A stretch of 64,000 bases of DNA from an uncultured Pseudomonadales bacterium (GCA_964645645.1 CAZYBC010000001.1:6064-70063), one strand, 5' to 3'; counted from the first letter of the stretch, positions 9,412 through 18,956 are shown. Made by a program: numbers and translations. The notes: generated from the sequence alone by a model not told the origin.

Positions 9412-10635
9412 TTAAACCTTAAACTGCCCATTTTGATAAATAATTTTTTCACTGCCATCGGCCAAAATAGCGGTGACTGTACGATCAGTGGTTTGAACAA
9501 TGTCAGTGTGTTCGGCTGAATCATTAAAACCTAATTTGGCCCAGGTTCTTTTGCTTACTTGGCTTGCATCGCCACGATAACAGTCATGATATGACATCCC
9601 AATCGCTAAGTGCATATTGCCAAATTTACCACCCATATTTTCATCAAATAAGGTTTCAGCCATTGGATGAGTAATCCGGCTCATCCGGCCATCGGTCAAG
9701 CTAAACTCACCTAATTTATTAGCATTGGGCGTTTTTAACATCGCTTGTAAAAATTGATCGCCTTTTTTAGCCTGAGCCTTAACGACCACACCTTCTTCAA
9801 AAACTAAATCAATATCTTCAATCAAATTGCCATAACGATACAGTGGTTCATTAAAATGGATATGACCTTCTGTACCACGCCAATCTGGTGACGTAAAAAT
9901 TTCAAAACTAGGAATATTCCGTCCACCGCCGCCATTCCAAACACGATCAGCCCCAATTTTTAACCAGATATCAGTGCCTTCACCAACCACATGAAGTTTG
10001 TCGATTTTTAAATCATTTAAAGTTTGCCGAATTTTATGTTGTTCTTGACTAATTGTTTGCCATTGAGCAATTGGATCAGCCACATCTAAATAACAGGCCA
10101 AAATAATTTGTTGCCAATATTCCTCTAAGCTCAAACCCACTTCCTTGGCCTTAGCCAAAGTGGCCCACATGGCAATCGTCCAGGTAAATTTACCCTCATT
10201 TTCTTTTTTGGTCAGCCAATCACGATAGGCTTTTTTACTATTACGCGCTTGTAAAATACGATTGGGATCAACGTCTTTTAATTCAAAAGGATCAACCTCA
10301 GCAATAATAACAATTTGATGATCAATTAAATTGGCTTTAGCTTGAAGATATTTTTTAGGAAAAAAAGTTAATTGATCATTATCAGCAAAATCATAAAAAT
10401 CTTTATCAAACTGAGTTGGTAAAAGTTGCAAAATAGGATGAGCGCCGGCTCTTAAAACCTCCTTGTGTAATTCTTTAGCTAAAGGCTTAGCTACATCTGG
10501 GACCACAATATTAACCACTTCTTTTGGCTTTACCCCAGCTCCAGAATTAAGCGCATAATTAACCAACACTTTAGCATATTGATTTAAAATTTCAGCTGAA
10601 GGTTGGTAATTTGTAGAATTTTGCGTAATAGACAT
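9412..10635 (-). CDS. Aminopeptidase, M29 family (AmpS/PepS-like).
   Basis: 407 aa. The N-terminal region and overall length fit thermophilic-metalloprotease M29 family members. Confidence 0.7.
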   Translation of the reverse strand: MSITQNSTNYQPSAEILNQYAKVLVNYALNSGAGVKPKEVVNIVVPDVAKPLAKELHKEVLRAGAHPILQLLPTQFDKDFYDFADNDQLTFFPKKYLQAKANLIDHQIVIIAEVDPFELKDVDPNRILQARNSKKAYRDWLTKKENEGKFTWTIAMWATLAKAKEVGLSLEEYWQQIILACYLDVADPIAQWQTISQEQHKIRQTLNDLKIDKLHVVGEGTDIWLKIGADRVWNGGGGRNIPSFEIFTSPDWRGTEGHIHFNEPLYRYGNLIEDIDLVFEEGVVVKAQAKKGDQFLQAMLKTPNANKLGEFSLTDGRMSRITHPMAETLFDENMGGKFGNMHLAIGMSYHDCYRGDASQVSKRTWAKLGFNDSAEHTDIVQTTDRTVTAILADGSEKIIYQNGQFKV

Positions 10636-10697
10636 AAATATTTTCTAAAACCGACTTGGGCTAGCCAGCCGATTGATTTATAAATATAATCAACTTT

Positions 10698-11306
10698 ATG
10701 CAAGAACCAATTATTTATCAGCCTACCTCAGAATTACAACTTAGCCAACATATTTTTCGCACTCCCATTGACGGGCTTTATTATATAACGATTGACAAAA
10801 AAAATGACGAACGGGGTTTTTTTAGCCAAATTATTGAATTACAAGAATTAGAAGCAATTATTGGTCAACCTTTTACAGTAAAACAATTTAACTATTCTAA
10901 AAGCCAAACTAATGTGGTGCGTGGTTTGCACGCTGAAGGTTGGAATAAATTAGTGACAGTCACTCACGGAACCGCTTTTAGCGCTTTGGCTGATATTAGA
11001 CCTCAGTCTGCTACTTTTAAACAAGTTGTTTATTTTAAATTAGGTTTTGACCTTAATCCTGATCTTGGCTTTGCTCTTTATATTAGCCAAGGCATCGCCA
11101 ATTCAATTTGTGCCTTAGAAGGGCCTGTAGAATATCTTTATTTAGTGGATAAACTGTATAGCGAACGCAGCCAAAAAGATAATGCGGCCCTATCAATTTT
11201 TGATCCAGAATTAAATATTCAATGGCCCATTGCCAAAGAACAAATGATCATCTCACAACGAGATACTCAACCTAAAAAATTAAGCGAAATGTTAGCGGAA
11301 AAATAA
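10698..11306 (+). CDS. dTDP-4-dehydrorhamnose 3,5-epimerase-like cupin (RmlC family).
   Basis: DERGFF...VRGLHAEGW...KLV.VTHG...DIRP.S.TF are RmlC signature segments. The second catalytic His region is diverged (ANSICALEG). Confidence 0.6.
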   Translation: MQEPIIYQPTSELQLSQHIFRTPIDGLYYITIDKKNDERGFFSQIIELQELEAIIGQPFTVKQFNYSKSQTNVVRGLHAEGWNKLVTVTHGTAFSALADIRPQSATFKQVVYFKLGFDLNPDLGFALYISQGIANSICALEGPVEYLYLVDKLYSERSQKDNAALSIFDPELNIQWPIAKEQMIISQRDTQPKKLSEMLAEK

Positions 11307-11318
11307 CTTGATTGTTTT

Positions 11319-11885
11319 TTAGCTAAATTCTTCGTTGCTCTCCATGTCTTTTTCAATCAAATCTCTAAGATAAACAGAGCGAGGAATTTTTTTATTTTTA
11401 GCAATCCAATCTAAATAGTTTTGATGTCTAGGTGAAATGAAAAAGTTAAAACGAGTATCTTGTTGTTCAGCGGCATAATCAATAGCAGTGGAAAGCACTT
11501 CAATTAAATTAGCTTCTGAATATTCAATCAACTGTAATTTATCATTGACGATACCTTCTACAAAACTAGGACGAAAATCTTTTAAATAAAGAGCAATGAC
11601 TGGTTTATTAAGCTGTAAAGATCTTTCCATGATATAACCCATAGATAAACTATTCATGGAAACTTCAAGAACAATTAAATCAGCTTTTTTAATATATTCG
11701 ATAGTTTTTTTATAATGATCAACTCGACTTTCATGAGAACCATTATAAAACTTTTCTCGGTATTCAAGACTAGTTATTCCTCTTAAATGACTATGACCTA
11801 GTCTTTCAATCTCTTTATAAATGGCGTCGTAATATTTACCGAACTCTTTAATGCCTCGTCCGGATTGATCAAAATAAATTTTCAT
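11319..11885 (-). CDS. Nucleoside 2-deoxyribosyltransferase-like domain fused to a C-terminal ribbon-helix-helix (RHH) DNA-binding domain.
   Basis: ADLIVLEVS...GYIMERSLQLNKPVIAL matches the NDT/Rcl-like fold, with a Glu in the GY.ME motif. The C-terminal RFNFFISPRHQNYLDWIAKNKKIPRSVYLRDLIEKDM has a beta-alpha-alpha RHH pattern. The start was chosen at MKIYF (ATG 11885). The ORF track extends to 11918. Confidence 0.5.
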   Translation of the reverse strand: MKIYFDQSGRGIKEFGKYYDAIYKEIERLGHSHLRGITSLEYREKFYNGSHESRVDHYKKTIEYIKKADLIVLEVSMNSLSMGYIMERSLQLNKPVIALYLKDFRPSFVEGIVNDKLQLIEYSEANLIEVLSTAIDYAAEQQDTRFNFFISPRHQNYLDWIAKNKKIPRSVYLRDLIEKDMESNEEFS

Positions 11886-11939
11886 AATTAAAATTATATT
11901 ATATACCAACCGAGGCAAAGACTAAACCTTAAATTTATC

Positions 11940-11960
11940 AATTCTACAATTTGTAGAATT
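11940..11960. promoter_or_regulatory. Perfect 21-bp palindrome (candidate operator) in a divergent promoter region.
   Basis: AATTCTACAA-T-TTGTAGAATT. Located between the NDT-RHH fusion gene (minus strand) and the ribA-like gene (plus strand). Confidence 0.5.
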
Positions 11961-12046
11961 AATAATAATTTATTACTTTTGAAGCCTAGACTAAAAAATG
12001 TTATAATTTTTTACGAAAAAAATAACATTATTAAGATTATTTTATT

Positions 12047-12676
12047 ATGCGTACTAATTTTAAAAAAACCACTACTATCAATTTGGACACTCCTCATGGC
12101 AGATTTTTAGTTCATTTATATGAAGATCCTAGCTCTAAAGATAAAGATGATCCTTTTATTGTTAAACATCATCTAGCTTTAACTATGGGGGAAGTCAACA
12201 ATAAAGCAAATGTTTTAGTAAGAGTTCAATCTAAATGTTTATTAAATGAAACTTTTGGTGACTTAGAATGCGATTGTGGTCAACAATTGCATCATGCCAT
12301 GGAATTAATCGCTCAAAAAGGTGAAGGCATCATCGTCTACTTAATGCAGGATGGCAAAGGCATCGGCTTGGCTAATAAAATTAAAGCCATTAAAGTTTGT
12401 CAAGAAAAAGGGATGGATATGTATGATGCTTTTATTGATCTTGGCTTTAAACCTGATGAAAGAAGTTACGATGTCGTGGCTGATATTTTGGAAGACTTAG
12501 GGGTGCAATCTCCTATTCAATTAATGACCAATAGCCCAGATAAAATTCAACAATTAGCAGAATGTGGTATTCAAGCCAATCGCGTGGCTATTGAAATGCC
12601 AGTTACTGACTATAATCGTAAATCATTGACTTACAAAAAAAATAAAATGGGGCATTTACTCCACGAAATTATTTAG
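12047..12676 (+). CDS. ribA: GTP cyclohydrolase II (RibA) homolog, standalone.
   Basis: RVQSKCLLNETFGDLECDCGQQL (zinc-binding C..C.C) and LMQDGKGIGLANKIKA...LMTNSP are clearly alignable to RibA. The Arg of the conserved EGRNIGL motif is replaced by Lys. Confidence 0.7.
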   Translation: MRTNFKKTTTINLDTPHGRFLVHLYEDPSSKDKDDPFIVKHHLALTMGEVNNKANVLVRVQSKCLLNETFGDLECDCGQQLHHAMELIAQKGEGIIVYLMQDGKGIGLANKIKAIKVCQEKGMDMYDAFIDLGFKPDERSYDVVADILEDLGVQSPIQLMTNSPDKIQQLAECGIQANRVAIEMPVTDYNRKSLTYKKNKMGHLLHEII

Positions 12677-15600
12677 TTGACTGGTTTAAAAACTCCAAAT
12701 TTCTAATTTCTGTCATAACTTGAATAATCAGCTCTTTTAATAAAGAGACATCTTCATCTTTTAATTCAAATTGAGCTTGCTTAATTTTATCAGTCTCTTT
12801 TTTAGCTTCCACAAATTCAAAAACTCCATATTTTACTGTCGGCAAAAATGATTTATCTAAATCAGCTAATAATTTATAAAACAATAGCTGGCGCTTATAC
12901 TGCCCTCTAATTTCTTCGGGTAAAGCTAATTCTCTGGCACTGTATTGATCAATGCCTACTTTGCCATCAATCTGATTAGCGGATTTTGCTGACCCAGTTT
13001 TATAATCAATAACTTTAACAATTTTTTTCTCTTCATCCACCCAATCAATTCTATCAATTCGGCCATTTAAACGAATATCGTTTAGCATCACGTTATGACC
13101 GCTTTTTCCAAAAGCACGTTCAATGAACATGGGCTGAGCAATGGGCTGAATTTGTTCGGTAAAATATTGATAATATTTATTTAACATCACTTGTCCATGT
13201 TTTAATCTTTTTTCTAATTCACTAGGGCTAAGAATTTCTTTTTTTAAAGCTTGTTCAAAATTAGCCAAAAAAGTTTCTACACTAATCGGTAATTCTTGAT
13301 TTAATAAAGGTCGATATAAACTTTCTAAAGCAGCATGGACCGCTGTCCCAAAAGCCATTACGGCTGGTTTAGATTTAGGAACTCGTAATAAAAAATTTTC
13401 TGTAAATTCTTGCGGATCACGTAAATAAGAATTTAAAGCTGTCACTGATAAAGAAAAATTTTTGACTAAATGGCTAAAAAAAGCTTGCTGATCTGCTTGA
13501 ACTGTCTCTGCCAAAACTTGCGAACTAACTGGTTGTAATAAAACTGGCAAAAATGATTCTGCTTGTTGTTCTATGGTTGGATTTTTTAATTCCTCAAAAT
13601 TAGTCAGTTCATGTAAAAACAAACTACTAATTTTGGCCTTACTCTGATTATTGCCCACTTCAATCAAACTTTTAGGATAGCTAATCATTAATTGTTTTTT
13701 GGCCCTAGTTAAAGCCACATAAAATAACCGTCGCTCATCATCATTTTTTTCTTTTAAATCGCCACTCGTAAAACTTAAAATTTTATCAGGCAAAGGAATA
13801 ATTTCTTTATTACTCTTATTACCCCATTTTTTATCCATCACTTGATATAAGAAAACATAATCCCATTCTCTACCTTTTGCTTTATGAACCGTGGCTAAAG
13901 TAACTCGATTATCAATAACATTAAAATCTTCGGCCTGAATAATCATTCCGTGTTCCTGCATCGTATCAATTGCTTGAATAAAATCAGCTAATTTAAAAGC
14001 CTGATTTTGATAAACTAAATTCTTAATCTGACTATAAAGTGCATTTAAAGACAACAATAAAAGAGTTTTTTGTTGATGCTGCAAAACCCAATCTAAATAG
14101 CCAGAATCTTTTAAAACTTGTTCAAACCATTGCGTAAAAGGTACTTGAAAATCAAGCTGACTCCATTGAGTTAATTTTTGCAAAACCTCAGCAACACTTT
14201 GCCATTCTGCCTTAGTGATTTGCAACTCTAGCTTTTTTTCTTCAATATTTAGCAAAGCTTGATCATAACCAGCTTCAATCAAATCATAAATACTGACATC
14301 TAACTTGCCAGCTAAACGACCTAACTTCATAATTAATAAACTATCTAAATGCAACCATTGATATTGTAAAAGTTGATAAAACAAGCCTTTTTCTTCAACA
14401 TTGCGAATAGCTAAAATAGTTTTAAATAAATGTAAAAGCTGGATTATTTCTTCATTAGTTAAAACATTATTGCCCCCATTCACTTCAAAAGGAATTTGCC
14501 ATTTGGCTAAAATATTAGCTAAATCAACCATATCCGCATTATCACGATAAAGGATAGCCACTTTATCAGCCTTTACGCCTTTAGCTAATAAAGTCTTAAC
14601 TTGATCAGCGACAAATAAAGCCTCTACCATTTGCGAAGGAGCGGCATAAAGTTGTACTTGCGTCTTAACTAAACTAACACTTTGCAAAGGTTCTTGAGAT
14701 TGCACTAAATCACTAATTTGTTTTTTAGCTTGAGAATCAATTTTATCTAAATTGACTAAATTATGGCTAATAAGTTGATGAGCTTGATTATAAATTTCTT
14801 GCGGACAACGATAACCTGTTTCTAAATAAACATGTTTAGCTTGAGGATAAAGATCAAAAAAACCCAACATATTTTCCACTGAAGCACCTTGAAACCGATA
14901 AATAGCTTGATGTGGATCACCCACTACACAAACATTAGCCTGATCCTGCCAATAATTAGCTAATAATTGCAAAATTTTATTTTGCGCATTATTAGTATCT
15001 TGATATTCATCTACCAAAAAATAATGAATGTTTTCTTGATAATCTCTTAATAAAATTTCATGTTGCTCAAAAGCTGATACCACAAAATTAATCATGTCAT
15101 CAAAATCAAATCTGTTTAATCGCTGCAAGTTTTGTTGATAAGAAGCATAAATTTGATAAAGCTCTTGGTTTTTAATTACCTTCTGGGTTTGTTTAGTAAT
15201 TTTAACTTTTTTACCTTTTGGATTAGCTTGTAATTCAGCCAAATAAGCTGATTCATCTTTGATTAATTGTTCATAAACTGCCAAACTAATTCCTTCTCGT
15301 TTTAAATCTGAAACCGCAGTAATAATCTTTTTTAAGAACATGTAAGGATCATTTAAGGGGCGTAATTTCAGTAAATCTAATTTATCAATAATTGTTCGAA
15401 ATAATTCATAGCGCTCTAAATCCGTAATTGCCTGACTATCATGAGCCAAAGAAAAATATTCTGGATTATCTTGAATAACTTCTTGAGCAAAACCATGAAA
15501 AGTGCTAATCCTAACGTAATAGGCAGCTTGACCAATCAGCTTAATCAAACGCTCCCGCATATTTTGAGCAGCGGATTGAGTAAAAGTTAAAGCCAAAATA

Positions 15601-15785
15601 GAACTAGGATTTGTATCAGTTTTTTTGAGAATATTAGCAATTCTCATGGTTAAAACTTGAGTTTTACCAGTCCCCGGACCAGCACTGACCAACATTGGCC
15701 CTTCAATTTGATCAACAGCCTTTTGCTGAGCAGGATTAAGTTGTTGATAATTTTGCTCAAATTCAGTTTGCAATTGTTTTAACAT
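12669..15785 (-). CDS. UvrD/PcrA-family ATP-dependent helicase fused to a C-terminal PD-(D/E)xK (RecB-like) nuclease domain.
   Basis: N-terminus AGPGTGKTQVLTMRIANIL (Walker A, UvrD motif I). 1038 aa. The C-terminus RIDRIDWVDEEKKIVKVIDYKTG matches the RecB-family nuclease motif. Confidence 0.8.
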   Translation of the reverse strand: MLKQLQTEFEQNYQQLNPAQQKAVDQIEGPMLVSAGPGTGKTQVLTMRIANILKKTDTNPSSILALTFTQSAAQNMRERLIKLIGQAAYYVRISTFHGFAQEVIQDNPEYFSLAHDSQAITDLERYELFRTIIDKLDLLKLRPLNDPYMFLKKIITAVSDLKREGISLAVYEQLIKDESAYLAELQANPKGKKVKITKQTQKVIKNQELYQIYASYQQNLQRLNRFDFDDMINFVVSAFEQHEILLRDYQENIHYFLVDEYQDTNNAQNKILQLLANYWQDQANVCVVGDPHQAIYRFQGASVENMLGFFDLYPQAKHVYLETGYRCPQEIYNQAHQLISHNLVNLDKIDSQAKKQISDLVQSQEPLQSVSLVKTQVQLYAAPSQMVEALFVADQVKTLLAKGVKADKVAILYRDNADMVDLANILAKWQIPFEVNGGNNVLTNEEIIQLLHLFKTILAIRNVEEKGLFYQLLQYQWLHLDSLLIMKLGRLAGKLDVSIYDLIEAGYDQALLNIEEKKLELQITKAEWQSVAEVLQKLTQWSQLDFQVPFTQWFEQVLKDSGYLDWVLQHQQKTLLLLSLNALYSQIKNLVYQNQAFKLADFIQAIDTMQEHGMIIQAEDFNVIDNRVTLATVHKAKGREWDYVFLYQVMDKKWGNKSNKEIIPLPDKILSFTSGDLKEKNDDERRLFYVALTRAKKQLMISYPKSLIEVGNNQSKAKISSLFLHELTNFEELKNPTIEQQAESFLPVLLQPVSSQVLAETVQADQQAFFSHLVKNFSLSVTALNSYLRDPQEFTENFLLRVPKSKPAVMAFGTAVHAALESLYRPLLNQELPISVETFLANFEQALKKEILSPSELEKRLKHGQVMLNKYYQYFTEQIQPIAQPMFIERAFGKSGHNVMLNDIRLNGRIDRIDWVDEEKKIVKVIDYKTGSAKSANQIDGKVGIDQYSARELALPEEIRGQYKRQLLFYKLLADLDKSFLPTVKYGVFEFVEAKKETDKIKQAQFELKDEDVSLLKELIIQVMTEIRNLEFLNQSTK

Positions 15786-15792
15786 AAAAATC

Positions 15793-16869
15793 TTAATCTA
15801 GACTTAATAAACCAGATTCTTTAAAAATCTGCGCTACTTCTGCAGAATTATTAGTTAACACCAAGCGAGATCTCAATTCAGCTGCACCAGCAATCCCTTT
15901 AATATACCAAGCTAAATGTTTGCGCATTGGTAAAAAACTATTTTTTTCATAACCGGCATTTAATTGTTCAAACAGTTGAGCATGCTCTAACGCCACCTTG
16001 GCTCTTTCTGCCACAGTTACTTGTTGACGAATAGCTTCTGGCTGAAAAACCCAAGGATTACCCCAACTGGCCCGACCAATCATCGCGCCATCTAAATGAT
16101 AGTCCGCTACTTTTGTCAAAGCTTCTTCTCTAGATTTTAGATCACCATTGCCAATAAATTTAATATTAGCTGACTGAACTAGCTGAGCGGCTTGACCAAT
16201 GGCTTCCCAATCAGCCATTCCAGTATAAGCTTGTTTGAAAGTTCTACCATGTAAAGTGATCACGGCTGGTTGTTTTTCTATCAACTTAGGCAACCATGTT
16301 TCCAAAATGTCTTTTTCATAACCAAGCCGAGTTTTAACACTAACGGGAATAGCTCGATGTTGTTGATATTGAGCTGGTAGCTGAGCTTGGACTCTTTCTA
16401 CCCAAATTCTCATTCTAGGTTTTAAATCTGGACAATCTGCCACAGTTTTACCATTGGCCCAATCACGCACGCCATCTTGAACAGCCTGAATAATTTCTTG
16501 AGCTAAATCTGGAGTTTTAATTAAACCAGCTCCTCCGCCATGACCAGCTACTTTGGGAGCAGGGCAACCCATATTAATATCTACTCCATCAAAACCAAGT
16601 TGGCAAACTAAAATAGTGGCTTGATAAAAACAAGCTGGAGTTTTACCAAATAACTGAGCCACTAACGGACGTTCCACTTCTTGATAATCAAAAGTTCTTA
16701 ATAAAGCCTTGGCACCACTGCACAAACCTTCCACATTCACAAATTCAGTAAACATTACCGCTGGCTGACCATATTTTTTACAAATTTGGCGAAAGCTATT
16801 ATCTGCCACTCCATCCATAGGCGCTAAAACAAGTAAAGGTTGAGGGCTTTGATACCAAGGTGTAATCAT
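15793..16869 (-). CDS. dus: tRNA-dihydrouridine synthase.
   Basis: LAPMDGVADNSFRQICKKYG...FDGVDINMGCPAPKVAGHGGGAGL is the Dus catalytic-Cys signature. Confidence 0.88.
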   Translation of the reverse strand: MITPWYQSPQPLLVLAPMDGVADNSFRQICKKYGQPAVMFTEFVNVEGLCSGAKALLRTFDYQEVERPLVAQLFGKTPACFYQATILVCQLGFDGVDINMGCPAPKVAGHGGGAGLIKTPDLAQEIIQAVQDGVRDWANGKTVADCPDLKPRMRIWVERVQAQLPAQYQQHRAIPVSVKTRLGYEKDILETWLPKLIEKQPAVITLHGRTFKQAYTGMADWEAIGQAAQLVQSANIKFIGNGDLKSREEALTKVADYHLDGAMIGRASWGNPWVFQPEAIRQQVTVAERAKVALEHAQLFEQLNAGYEKNSFLPMRKHLAWYIKGIAGAAELRSRLVLTNNSAEVAQIFKESGLLSLD

Positions 16870-16880
16870 CTTATGCTATT

Positions 16881-16956
16881 AGACTTACTGCGAAATAAAA
16901 TTTCGTAGCGAAAAATTGATATTTAAGAGCGAAAAGGTTTGTTTCGCAGTAAGTCT
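16881..16956. repeat. MITE/REP-like hairpin repeat, copy A (76 bp), with 15-bp perfect terminal inverted repeats.
   Basis: AGACTTACTGCGAAA...TTTCGCAGTAAGTCT. Internal GCGAAAA subrepeats are present. The copy is intergenic between dus and the C39-like gene. Confidence 0.85.
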
Positions 16957-16963
16957 ATTATAA

Positions 16964-18859
16964 CTAATTCTGTAAATTTTCTGGCTTGAGAAATTCCTGT
17001 AGCTGATTAAAAGCCAAATCTGTCATCAAATTTTGGCCAGTTTTTAATAAAGCTAACAAATAATTTTGATATTGAGTTAAATTTGCTTCAGTTAAATGCT
17101 GCGCATAGCAAGCAATTTTATCCAAACGTTGATAAAAATAATATTTTTTTAACTTTTGAGTGAAAAAGAAATTTTTTAATACTCTCCGCCATAAAGATAA
17201 ATCTTGATCATTAGTTAACCAATCAGTAATCTGACAAGGATTTTCAGTTTCTGGATCTACCGGGAGAAAAGTGACTGAATTTAACTCCGCTGCTTGGGCT
17301 GGCTGATATGCTAAATTAAAAGCTAAATTTGCACCAAGCCCTTCAAAATTAAATTCTGATACTTGAGCCTGTTGATTATATAGAAAAGCTTGAAAAATAA
17401 AGTTCGCTGGCTGAGTAAAAGCTTCATCAAGCTGAAAAATTAATTGATAATTTCCGGCTAAAGGTTTAGCAAAATAATGATGATGATTAGGAGCAGGCTG
17501 AATTTCACCATCATTAGCTTGTATTTGATCAGCTAAAATAAACCCTGGTACTTCCAGCCCCCGCTCATCTAGCACTGTTAAATTATATTGGTGTGGATAA
17601 ACCAATACCCAATAACTCAAATCTGTTTGACTAGGAGTAAATATCCGAGCTGATTGTAAAGGGCGTTGATGTTGAGACAACAAATTATAATCATAAGCCG
17701 GGTCTTTAATTAATAAATCTTGAGTTTGATATTGATAACCATCAATTAAGAAAAAATGCCCACTAATTGCCCCAATCACTGGCTGAGCTTTTTTAATTTG
17801 ACTAATAATTTTTTGTAAATCAGTATTATTTTTTATATCTTGATAACTAAATTCTAATTTGGGTAAAAAGAATCTTTCATTTTTATTGCTATAAGCTAGA
17901 CTAATTTCCTTGGCCAACCGAGTTGCTGCTACCCAATTAAGAAAACCATCCACTGAATAGCCATCAGCTTGAGCCACTAACCATTGATTTAAAACTGCTG
18001 GAGTTAAATTTTCACCACTCCCTGGCATTTTATCAAGACCATAATGGCGCATTAACATCACTAAACTGGTTAATGCACAACCCCAACGACTAATGGTAGG
18101 AGCAGCACTAGACCAAGTAGTAGCTCGATCATAAGTATCATTGGCCCAACTAGAATTAGTTTGTTTTGAAATCGGAACATTGAGATCTAAACCATTTAAA
18201 AGAGTAACCTTAACTTTAAAAAATTGAATGATTGTTTTAGGCGATAAACCTGTACCAGCCTCCAACATAATTTTTCCTCCTGGTTGAAAAAAATTCCATC
18301 GATCATAAAAAGTAAAAAGCAATTGATTATTAAGCCAAATTTGATGGCATCCAGATTGAAAAATAATTTTTAGATAATAAGATTGTCCATTTATCAAACC
18401 AGTTGGCACTGTCACACTTTGGCGAACATCATAATCAACTTTATGAGTTAATTCAAAAAAATCATTTAACCAATGAATTGCATAATAATTACCATCATCA
18501 ATCCTGCCCCACACAAAATTACGATCAATACCTGATATTGGTTTAAACCAAATTTCATAAATATAGCCAGGCCAAAGATCATTCCAGTATTGGTCTTTAG
18601 GTAACAAACTTGTATGGCTAAACATCCCTATGACATTAGCTTGCACAAAAGGATTCAACCCATCTGAGCCTAGCTGCCACATCCCTAATTGACCAGTATT
18701 AATTTGCCATTTATTTAAACCTGAAGCAAAATCATCCTCAAAAACTACTTGGGCTGGCTGTAAATTAACTGCGCCAGCAAAAACTTGCTTGATCCAATAT
18801 TTACAGAAAAAAATTAGACCAAGTAATAAAATGAGTAAATTACGCAATAAAATTAACAT
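16964..18859 (-). CDS. Membrane-anchored protein with a LamG/jelly-roll-like region and a Peptidase_C39_2-like cysteine peptidase domain.
   Basis: N-terminal TM segment. RWGCALTSLVMLMRHYGL (catalytic Cys context) and a downstream GHFFLIDGY (His). 631 aa. Confidence 0.5.
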   Translation of the reverse strand: MLILLRNLLILLLGLIFFCKYWIKQVFAGAVNLQPAQVVFEDDFASGLNKWQINTGQLGMWQLGSDGLNPFVQANVIGMFSHTSLLPKDQYWNDLWPGYIYEIWFKPISGIDRNFVWGRIDDGNYYAIHWLNDFFELTHKVDYDVRQSVTVPTGLINGQSYYLKIIFQSGCHQIWLNNQLLFTFYDRWNFFQPGGKIMLEAGTGLSPKTIIQFFKVKVTLLNGLDLNVPISKQTNSSWANDTYDRATTWSSAAPTISRWGCALTSLVMLMRHYGLDKMPGSGENLTPAVLNQWLVAQADGYSVDGFLNWVAATRLAKEISLAYSNKNERFFLPKLEFSYQDIKNNTDLQKIISQIKKAQPVIGAISGHFFLIDGYQYQTQDLLIKDPAYDYNLLSQHQRPLQSARIFTPSQTDLSYWVLVYPHQYNLTVLDERGLEVPGFILADQIQANDGEIQPAPNHHHYFAKPLAGNYQLIFQLDEAFTQPANFIFQAFLYNQQAQVSEFNFEGLGANLAFNLAYQPAQAAELNSVTFLPVDPETENPCQITDWLTNDQDLSLWRRVLKNFFFTQKLKKYYFYQRLDKIACYAQHLTEANLTQYQNYLLALLKTGQNLMTDLAFNQLQEFLKPENLQN

Positions 18860-18956
18860 TAAATCTTATTAAACTCAGTAAACTGACTTGCTAGCTGACA
18901 TTTCAACATCTGAACCTTTAAAGTTAGAAAAGTAAAAACCAGCTATAATAAAGCCA

